Shown in pieces: positions 58,190-63,817 of a DNA stretch of 64,000 nucleotides. This stretch comes from a virus. Lineage: Duplodnaviria > Caudoviricetes. Position 1 is the stretch's first letter, and every line of letters begins with the position of its first letter. The position numbers were made by a program, and so were the translations under genes. The notes under the pieces were generated by a model. The model had not been told where the DNA came from, did no database searches, and saw only the letters and a list, made by a program, of their open reading frames with translations. Location of the stretch: the IMG/VR virus record IMGVR_UViG_3300032243_000867, positions 201,896-265,895 of that record. One strand, written 5' to 3'.

Positions 58190-58747
58190 ATGCTGGGGGA
58201 GATGTCTCGGAGGATGAACGGGGGTCTGAACGGTACTGCGCTCGGGATCGACCTGGGTTCACGGGGTCACGAGGTGCGGAAGCTTTTCTACGCCGGGGGT
58301 TTTACCGGGACTCTGGTACGGGAGGGCATCGACCCCGAGGAGTTTCTTCAGGAGGTCTACCGTGGGCTTCTCGCTCGCAACCGTGGAACGTGCCCGTGGG
58401 ATGCGAAGAAATCGTCCTTCGGTCACTACGTTCACATCGTCATTCGGTGCGTACTCAGTAACTACCTGCGGCGGGAGCGGTTGAGGGATTCTCGCGAGGG
58501 GGTGACCGAGGACGGGGAGCTTCCGGCGGTGGAGGGTTCCATCAGCGGGGGCGGGGGTACGGAGTTTCGGGATTTGCTGGAGGCCCTGTACGGGGAGGGG
58601 GAGGAGCGGGACCAGGCGGAGCGGTTTTTATCTGCGCTGTACGCGGGGATGAGTCGGCGGGAGGCTCTCTCGGCGGTGGGCGGGCGCGAAGAATGGGGTC
58701 ATCGCGTTCTGGCCGAGGTTCGTTCTGCTCTAAACGAAAGTTCGTAG
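58190..58747 (+). CDS. ECF-like RNA polymerase sigma factor
   Basis: Region-2-like DPEEFLQEVYRGLL...WDAKKSSFGHYVHIVIRCVLSNYLRRER; region-4-like C-terminal helices; start uncertain (58043, 58190 or 58202). Confidence 0.65.
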   Translation: MLGEMSRRMNGGLNGTALGIDLGSRGHEVRKLFYAGGFTGTLVREGIDPEEFLQEVYRGLLARNRGTCPWDAKKSSFGHYVHIVIRCVLSNYLRRERLRDSREGVTEDGELPAVEGSISGGGGTEFRDLLEALYGEGEERDQAERFLSALYAGMSRREALSAVGGREEWGHRVLAEVRSALNESS

Positions 58748-58832
58748 CGTCGGGAGGGGGGCGGGGTCGTCGGAGGCGGTATCCCGCTAGGGGCAAAACC
58801 TCACCCGTGGGGGGGCGGGGGTTCCCCCGGCG

Positions 58833-59156
58833 CTACGAATCTTCGTTTCGGTTGCTGACGTAAGCGCAGACGGCCCACGCGAGTACGGCGGCGATCCAGA
58901 TTGCGTTGGTGGCGGTGGTTTCGTAGCGGTAGGCGAGGAGTGCCGTTGGGACGGCGAGGTAGGAGGCGGCGGTTTCGTGGGGATTGAGCCGGGGGGGTTC
59001 GCCCCGGTGGTGGGTGGAGATGGCGGTGTAGGCGGCGAGGGCACAGGTGACGAGGTGCCAGAATTTTCCGGGGCTGTGGGGTTCTTCGTGCAGTCGGTAG
59101 GCGGCACCGAGGGTGGCCCCTACGGTAAGAACTCGCGCGATGCGGCTGCTGGTCAT
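58833..59156 (-). CDS. Small membrane protein
   Basis: Several hydrophobic segments; AGGA upstream. Confidence 0.55.
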   Translation of the reverse strand: MTSSRIARVLTVGATLGAAYRLHEEPHSPGKFWHLVTCALAAYTAISTHHRGEPPRLNPHETAASYLAVPTALLAYRYETTATNAIWIAAVLAWAVCAYVSNRNEDS

Positions 59157-59183
59157 CGGGGCATCCTACCTAGGATGCGGGGT

Positions 59184-59447
59184 TTATAGCAGCGGCAGGT
59201 GAAGCCCTACCCACGACCCTAGGGACCCGCCCACCATCAGCCCGATCCATTGGGAGCGCCGCCCGTCTTCGACAAGGCGTTTGATGATTGAGACGTTCAG
59301 CGCCGTACTCAGTACGTCCGTGATCAGCGCGAAGCGGAAGTGTCCTACTGCGGTGGAGCGGACATTCAAGTACCACAGCAGGTGGTAGACGAATTGGGCG
59401 ACCGCGACCGCTAGCGGGGAGGACATAGCCTTGTCCGTGGGGTTCAC
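59184..59447 (-). CDS. Small membrane protein sharing its start with cassette C11
   Basis: VNPTDKAMSS... with hydrophobic helices; GTGA overlap with C11. Confidence 0.6.
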   Translation of the reverse strand: MNPTDKAMSSPLAVAVAQFVYHLLWYLNVRSTAVGHFRFALITDVLSTALNVSIIKRLVEDGRRSQWIGLMVGGSLGSWVGLHLPLL

Positions 59448-59617
59448 GTTCGGGGTTCCCTACCCCGAAGGACGCACCGAAACCCGAGGTTGTTGTCCTG
59501 GTACGCAGGCTCGTCCGCGTTGCGAATGGCCGCGCGCACCCTCGACGGTCCATAGTTGTGCCAACAGCCGCCGCCGCGGAAGACGCGGTCGGAGGTGGTG
59601 GTGTCCGTGGGGTTCAC
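59444..59617 (-). CDS. DGR-type VR mini-protein C11
   Basis: VNPTDTTTSDRVFRGGGCWHNYGPSRVRAAIRNADEPAYQDNNLGFRCVLRGREPRT. Confidence 0.82.
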   Translation of the reverse strand: MNPTDTTTSDRVFRGGGCWHNYGPSRVRAAIRNADEPAYQDNNLGFRCVLRGREPRT

Positions 59618-59784
59618 GTTCGGGGTTCCCTTCCCCGCAGCGCGCACCGAAACCCGATGTTGTTGATACGGTCCGCAGGCACGTACGTGAAGCGAGACGC
59701 GGCGCGCACCCACGACGGTACGTAGTTGCCCCAACTGCCGCCGCGGTAGACGCGGGTGTCGGAGGGCTTGGTAGGAGGGTTCAT
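59614..59784 (-). CDS. DGR-type VR mini-protein C10
   Basis: MNPPTKPSDTRVYRGGSWGNYVPSWVRAASRFTYVPADRINNIGFRCALRGREPRT. Confidence 0.85.
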   Translation of the reverse strand: MNPPTKPSDTRVYRGGSWGNYVPSWVRAASRFTYVPADRINNIGFRCALRGREPRT

Positions 59785-59933
59785 ACTCGGGGTTGCCTTA
59801 CTGACAGGTGGGTTCGGAACCCGACGTATTTGTCTCGGGTCTCGGAAGAAATATCCGAGACCTCGTCCGCCGCGCGCACGTAGAGGGGGCGCTCGATGAC
59901 CCAACTTCCTCCGCGTACCATGCGGCGTTTCAT
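59781..59933 (-). CDS. DGR-type VR mini-protein C9 (GFRTHL subfamily; not in the ORF track)
   Basis: Manual translation MKRRMVRGGSWVIERPLYVRAADEVSDISSETRDKYVGFRTHLSVRQPRV. Confidence 0.78.
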   Translation of the reverse strand: MKRRMVRGGSWVIERPLYVRAADEVSDISSETRDKYVGFRTHLSVRQPRV

Positions 59934-60076
59934 CGCGGGCACCGGCACCGGGCTCGGAGGCGGAAGCCCACGGTGGTGTTGCGGTAGACAGGTTCCTTTC
60001 GCACGCGCGCGGGGACGGCGCGGGGGTCGTTGCCGAAGCTGTAGCTCCGCAGGGTGAGAGTCCCCGGTGGGTTCAT
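59930..60076 (-). CDS. Diverged VR mini-protein C8
   Basis: MNPPGTLTLRSYSFGNDPRAVPARVRKEPVYRNTTVGFRLRARCRCPR. Confidence 0.65.
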   Translation of the reverse strand: MNPPGTLTLRSYSFGNDPRAVPARVRKEPVYRNTTVGFRLRARCRCPR

Positions 60077-60225
60077 CGCGGTGCCCTCATCGTCAGGTGC
60101 GTACGGAATCCCAGTAGGCGTCCATATCGCTCCGGTCCGTAGATGTGGGCCACGGTGCTGGTCCCCAGCCATTTCGGGTCATCGCTACGAAGGCATCCCC
60201 CACGGGTGACGTTCTGGTTGTTCAC
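60073..60225 (-). CDS. VR mini-protein C7 (GFRTHL subfamily)
   Basis: VNNQNVTRGGCLRSDDPKWLGTSTVAHIYGPERYGRLLGFRTHLTMRAPR. Confidence 0.72.
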   Translation of the reverse strand: MNNQNVTRGGCLRSDDPKWLGTSTVAHIYGPERYGRLLGFRTHLTMRAPR

Positions 60226-60455
60226 GGGTCGCTCCGATTGGTGTCGGTCCAGTGTTCGAGGTCGGTGGTGTCGAGGATGTCCGTGCAAACGTCAGCGGGC
60301 GGGGTCACCTCTCGGTGTTCCCCGCCCGCCGTGATCGTGTCCGCCCACGCGAAGGACGCTCCCGCGTCCGGGTCGTAGCCGTGCCCTACCCGGACGGTGA
60401 CCACTTCGGGGTTCGCCCGGAGGTAGTCCCGTGCCCAGTCACTCGCCCGCGTCAT
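60222..60455 (-). CDS. Hypothetical protein (77 aa)
   Basis: MTRASDWARDYLRANPEVV...; coupled to C7 by GTGA. Confidence 0.6.
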   Translation of the reverse strand: MTRASDWARDYLRANPEVVTVRVGHGYDPDAGASFAWADTITAGGEHREVTPPADVCTDILDTTDLEHWTDTNRSDP

Positions 60456-60723
60456 GGGAAGGGTTACGCTGCTTGAGGTAGGCGCGGAGGATGTTCGCGG
60501 CGCTATTCGCCGCGTCATCGCAGTAGCCCACGAACTCCTGCGCGTCTTCGCCGTTCTCCACCACGCCGTCGAGGGCGGCGAGGGCCTGACCCGCAATTTT
60601 GCGGGCGGCGAGGGCGTGGAACCCCGTGCTCGCCGGGTCACTTCGGTGAAGCGAATCGAGGAGGACCGAGCACTGGAGGCTGAAGCTGACGGTGTTGACC
60701 GCGTACTGGATCTCGTTGTTCAT
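60439..60723 (-). CDS. Hypothetical helical protein
   Basis: 94-aa ORF with GAAGGG RBS. Confidence 0.65.
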   Translation of the reverse strand: MNNEIQYAVNTVSFSLQCSVLLDSLHRSDPASTGFHALAARKIAGQALAALDGVVENGEDAQEFVGYCDDAANSAANILRAYLKQRNPSHDAGE

Positions 60724-60753
60724 GGTGTGTCCCTTCGTGTGTGTGCGTTGCGT

Positions 60754-60972
60754 TCAGACGGTGCGGGTGTACCAGTTGCCGCCCTTGAGGACGACGCGGC
60801 GCGGTTGCCAGCCTTTGCTGGTCTGCACTTCGAGGCGCGAACCCGTGGGGGCGAACTGCACGGTGCGGGCGAAGCGGGCGGGCACCCGCCGCGCCCCCTT
60901 GTGGGAGCCCGTGTGGATTTCGCACTGGGCGAGGTGGGTGCCATCGGGGGAGATGAGCTTCAACGTGTTCAT
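60754..60972 (-). CDS. Hypothetical basic protein
   Basis: 72-aa ORF with AGGA RBS. Confidence 0.6.
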   Translation of the reverse strand: MNTLKLISPDGTHLAQCEIHTGSHKGARRVPARFARTVQFAPTGSRLEVQTSKGWQPRRVVLKGGNWYTRTV

Positions 60973-60984
60973 GGTGTGTGTTTC

Positions 60985-61167
60985 CTAGTGTGTGCGGGGT
61001 TGCCTCGCCCGAAGGGCGCACCGAAACCCCAGGTTGTCGTCACGGCACGCAGGCACGTCCGCGCCGCGAGACGCGGCGCGCACCCTCGACGGTACGTTGC
61101 TGTACCAACAGCCTTCGCGTTGGACGCGAAGGCGGGTGTCGGAGGTGGGTTTGGTGGTGGGCTTCAC
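60985..61167 (-). CDS. DGR-type VR mini-protein C6
   Basis: VKPTTKPTSDTRLRVQREGCWYSNVPSRVRAASRGADVPACRDDNLGFRCALRARQPRTH. Confidence 0.85.
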   Translation of the reverse strand: MKPTTKPTSDTRLRVQREGCWYSNVPSRVRAASRGADVPACRDDNLGFRCALRARQPRTH

Positions 61168-61343
61168 GTTCGGGGTTCCCTTCCCCGCAGCGCGCACCGA
61201 AACCCGATGTTGTTGCACCGGTTCGCAGGCACGTACGTGAAGCGAGACGCGGCGCGCACCCACGACGGTCCGTTGAAGTACCCACCGCCGCCGCGGTAGA
61301 CGCGGGGGCGGGTGTCGGAGGTGGGTTTGGTGGTGGGCTTCAC
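61164..61343 (-). CDS. DGR-type VR mini-protein C5
   Basis: VKPTTKPTSDTRPRVYRGGGGYFNGPSWVRAASRFTYVPANRCNNIGFRCALRGREPRT. Confidence 0.85.
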   Translation of the reverse strand: MKPTTKPTSDTRPRVYRGGGGYFNGPSWVRAASRFTYVPANRCNNIGFRCALRGREPRT

Positions 61344-61516
61344 GTTCGGGGTTCCCTTCCCCGCAGCGCGCACCGAAACCCCAGGTCGCCGTACCGGTTC
61401 GCAGGCCCGTTCGTGTTGCGAGACGCCGCGCGCACCCACGACGGAGCATTGTTGTGCCAACTGCCGCCGCGGTCGACGCGGAGGCGGGTGTCGGAGGGCT
61501 TGGTAGGGGGCTTCAC
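61340..61516 (-). CDS. DGR-type VR mini-protein C4
   Basis: VKPPTKPSDTRLRVDRGGSWHNNAPSWVRAASRNTNGPANRYGDLGFRCALRGREPRT. Confidence 0.85.
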   Translation of the reverse strand: MKPPTKPSDTRLRVDRGGSWHNNAPSWVRAASRNTNGPANRYGDLGFRCALRGREPRT

Positions 61517-61686
61517 GTTCGGGGTTCCCTTCCCCGCAGCGCGCACCGAAACCCCAGGTCGCCGTACCGGTTCGCAGGCCCGTTCGTGTTGCGAGACGCC
61601 GCGCGCACCCACGACGGTGCATAGTTCCAACAGCCGCCGCGGCCGACGCGGAGACGGGTGTCGGAGGGCTTGGTAGGGGGGTTCAT
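61513..61686 (-). CDS. DGR-type VR mini-protein C3
   Basis: MNPPTKPSDTRLRVGRGGCWNYAPSWVRAASRNTNGPANRYGDLGFRCALRGREPRT. Confidence 0.85.
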   Translation of the reverse strand: MNPPTKPSDTRLRVGRGGCWNYAPSWVRAASRNTNGPANRYGDLGFRCALRGREPRT

Positions 61687-61865
61687 ACTCGGGGTTCCCT
61701 TCCCCGCAGCGCGCACCGAAACCCCAGGTGGAGGAGCCGGAGCGCAGGCACGCCCGAGTTGCGAGACGCCGCGCGCACCCACGACGGTGCATAGTTCCAA
61801 CAGCCGCCGCGGACGACGCGGAGACGGGTGTCGGTCTTGGGTTGCTTGGTGGTGGGGGGGTTCAT
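61683..61865 (-). CDS. DGR-type VR mini-protein C2
   Basis: MNPPTTKQPKTDTRLRVVRGGCWNYAPSWVRAASRNSGVPALRLLHLGFRCALRGREPRV. Confidence 0.85.
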   Translation of the reverse strand: MNPPTTKQPKTDTRLRVVRGGCWNYAPSWVRAASRNSGVPALRLLHLGFRCALRGREPRV

Positions 61866-62038
61866 ACTCGGGGTTCCCTTACTGACAGGTGGGTGCGAAA
61901 ACTCATGTCGGTTTCGCGCCACTCGGGCTCGTACGAGCCCCGGTCGGCGGGCCGCATGAACGGGGCGTAGGAGAGTCCCCAACCTCCTCCCACCAGTACG
62001 CGGGGGAGGTTGGGGTCCGGGGGCTGTGCCCGTCTCAT
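61862..62038 (-). CDS. VR mini-protein C1 (FRTHL subfamily), coupled to the FGE scaffold
   Basis: MRRAQPPDPNLPRVLVGGGWGLSYAPFMRPADRGSYEPEWRETDMSFRTHLSVREPRV; its ATG overlaps the scaffold TGA. Confidence 0.78.
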   Translation of the reverse strand: MRRAQPPDPNLPRVLVGGGWGLSYAPFMRPADRGSYEPEWRETDMSFRTHLSVREPRV

Positions 62039-62868
62039 TTGTGGACGGTGCTGGTCCACTCCCAGACGTTGCCGCTCATGTCGAGCAGCCCGTAGGGGGA
62101 GGCACCCTTCGGGCGGGCGGGGGTGCCGTCCGGGTTGACGCACGGGGCCGTGCGTTCCTTCTGGGTGCGGATGGACGACCAGCACAGGTCGTCCGTCGGG
62201 GCCTCGTTGCCCCACGGAAACTTCCGACCGTCCCAACCGCGTGCGGCGTGCTCCCATTCCTCCTCGGTGGGGAGGCCGACACCGGCCCACTTCGCGAACT
62301 CACAGGCGTCCCAGTAGGAGACTTCCACCACCGGGTGGTCGATGAGGTCCACCGTCGCGCCCGACTGGTCCGTGGCGGTCGTGGGCTTCAGGTCTTTCCC
62401 GCACGCCGTGGCGTACCAGTTCCACTGGCGCACGGTGGTGGGGGTCTGCGCCATGAACCCACCGGGGACTCTCACCTTCCGGCGCGTTTGAGACTCGTCG
62501 TCCCCCATCTCGAACGCCGTGGCCGGGGGGACGTAGCACATGGGCAGGGTGTTGCCGTCGGGGAGGACGTGATGCACCACCCACGGGGTTCCGCCCAGCT
62601 CCGCGAGCGTGGGCCAGATCTCGCGGACCTCGCCGTCGTCGTCCTCCAGGCGGGGGACGCACCCGTAGGTGCGGTGGACGCGAAACGTCCAGACCTCCTT
62701 GGAGGTGAGCACCCGCACGCCCGTGATTCCCGCCGGGAGGTTCCCGGCGATTTGGCGGATCACCGACATCACCTCGTCGAGGTGATCGCCGGAGGGCAAT
62801 CGGAAGTCGGGCTCGATGTCGAGCCATTGGCCGAGACATGATTCGATGAAGCACCCTTGGATTTCCAT
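62035..62868 (-). CDS. FGE-sulfatase/C-type-lectin-fold protein lacking its C-terminal variable region
   Basis: FEMG, QTPTTVRQW, HPVVEVSYWDACEFAKWAG, LPTEEEWEHAARG, FPWGN, SPYGLLDMSGNVWEW, then a stop after TSTVHK; GGAGA RBS before ATG 62868. Confidence 0.9.
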   Translation of the reverse strand: MEIQGCFIESCLGQWLDIEPDFRLPSGDHLDEVMSVIRQIAGNLPAGITGVRVLTSKEVWTFRVHRTYGCVPRLEDDDGEVREIWPTLAELGGTPWVVHHVLPDGNTLPMCYVPPATAFEMGDDESQTRRKVRVPGGFMAQTPTTVRQWNWYATACGKDLKPTTATDQSGATVDLIDHPVVEVSYWDACEFAKWAGVGLPTEEEWEHAARGWDGRKFPWGNEAPTDDLCWSSIRTQKERTAPCVNPDGTPARPKGASPYGLLDMSGNVWEWTSTVHK

Positions 62869-62890
62869 TCGTTCTCTCCGTGTGTGTGAG

Positions 62891-62898
62891 TTACGCCC
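62891..62898 (-). promoter_or_regulatory. GGGCGTAA motif upstream of the FGE scaffold operon
   Basis: 22 nt upstream of ATG 62868. Confidence 0.55.
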
Positions 62899-62900
62899 GG

Positions 62901-63056
62901 TCACGGGCGGGGGGCGGGGGTTTCGGCGGGTGGGGCGGGGGCGTTCTGCGCTTCGAGCGCAGCCGCGATGCGCTCCAGGGCGCGGGCGATACGGGGGAGG
63001 GTCCCCTCGTAGTAGACGCGACCCATCATCGTCTGCCAGAACCCGGGGCCGCTCAC
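62901..63056 (-). CDS. Small hypothetical protein
   Basis: VSGPGFWQTMMGRVYYEGTLPRIARALERIAAALE; GTGA overlap. Confidence 0.6.
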   Translation of the reverse strand: MSGPGFWQTMMGRVYYEGTLPRIARALERIAAALEAQNAPAPPAETPAPRP

Positions 63057-63469
63057 GCCGCCACCTCCTCGTAGTGGTAGTTCACGTCCACGTCGGGCGG
63101 GCACTCCCGGTTGCCGGGGTAGTGCCGGATCGAAGCGAGGGCGACCCGCACGGTGCCGTCGGCGCAGCGGACGCGCGCCCGGATGTACGATTGCCCGTTG
63201 GTGTCGAGCACCTCCAGAACCTCCACCGGGGCGGGCACCTCGCCGCCGCAGTCGTCGCCGCCGTGCAGGTCCACGAGGAAGGCGAGGGCCTCGCCCGTCT
63301 TGAGGTCGCGAAGCGCCTCGACGTACATCTGGTCGATCATCGCCTCGCGGTCGTACGCCGCGTCTCGCTCGCCGTAGTACGCCTCCATCTCGGCGAGGTC
63401 CTGTTCGGACGGTTCGTACGCCTGGACGGCGCGGTCTTCGGCCTCGAAGCGGTAGCGGTCTTCGTTCAT
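63053..63469 (-). CDS. Hypothetical acidic protein
   Basis: 138-aa ORF, AAGGAGG RBS, ATGA overlap. Confidence 0.7.
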   Translation of the reverse strand: MNEDRYRFEAEDRAVQAYEPSEQDLAEMEAYYGERDAAYDREAMIDQMYVEALRDLKTGEALAFLVDLHGGDDCGGEVPAPVEVLEVLDTNGQSYIRARVRCADGTVRVALASIRHYPGNRECPPDVDVNYHYEEVAA

Positions 63470-63618
63470 CGGTCCTCCTTACGTTTGCGGTTGGTGGGCG
63501 GCGGGGCGGCGGGCTGGCGGCGACGTTCGAGCCAGCCGTCCACCAGCCCCATGAGGGCTAGTGCCGCCGCGCAGTAGGCGGAGATGCCCGCCAACTCGGT
63601 GTCGGTGATCACGGTCAT
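63466..63618 (-). CDS. Small single-TM protein
   Basis: MTVITDTELAGISAYCAAALALMGLVDGW...; GGGAGG RBS. Confidence 0.55.
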   Translation of the reverse strand: MTVITDTELAGISAYCAAALALMGLVDGWLERRRQPAAPPPTNRKRKEDR

Positions 63619-63671
63619 CCTCCCCTTCGCCCCCCTAACCGGACGGGAGGGGGGTCTATTAGTGGGAATCG

Positions 63672-63750
63672 TTAGCGCCCCGACGCGGAATCGAACCGCG
63701 CACACCCGCCCCCGGTTCAGCCGGGGGCGCGCGCCTCCTCGACCGTCGCC
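63672..63750 (-). ncRNA. tRNA-like element (degenerate)
   Basis: Perfect T-arm CGCGG-TTCGATT-CCGCG (63684-63700) preceded by an 8-bp hairpin GCCCCCGG-CTGAA-CCGGGGGC; no canonical D-arm or acceptor stem found. Confidence 0.25.
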
Positions 63751-63817
63751 TCGCCTCGCGCCCAACTGCGCGCCGGGATTGGAGGGGATGCCCGCCAAGT
63801 TGCTTGGCGGGACGCTG

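Larger units (their letters stand above)
59444..60225 (-). repeat. Array 2: five coupled VR cassettes (C7-C11)
   Basis: Homologous units of about 145-175 bp joined by RTGA overlaps. Confidence 0.85.
60985..62038 (-). repeat. Array 1: six head-to-tail VR cassettes (C1-C6), period about 173-179 bp
   Basis: Conserved 3' block GGGTTTCGGTGCGCGCTGCGGGGAAGGGAACCCCGA in C2-C5 with variants in C1 and C6; RTGA overlap at every junction. Confidence 0.92.

Noticed and set aside
59444-62038. CRISPR array (conserved block of about 35 bp recurring between variable segments)
   Set aside because: The period is about 145-180 bp, the intervening segments are homologous to each other and keep open frames, and no cas genes are visible
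60985-62868. One long polyprotein made by programmed -1 frameshifting or stop readthrough
   Set aside because: The ORFs are in shifted frames, so readthrough cannot join them; no X XXY YYZ slippery heptamer lies at the junctions, and each unit has a start codon. Low-level frameshifting is not excluded
63791-63811. Rho-independent terminator
   Set aside because: It is a perfect 9-bp hairpin but has no U-tract on either strand; mentioned only with the tRNA-like element
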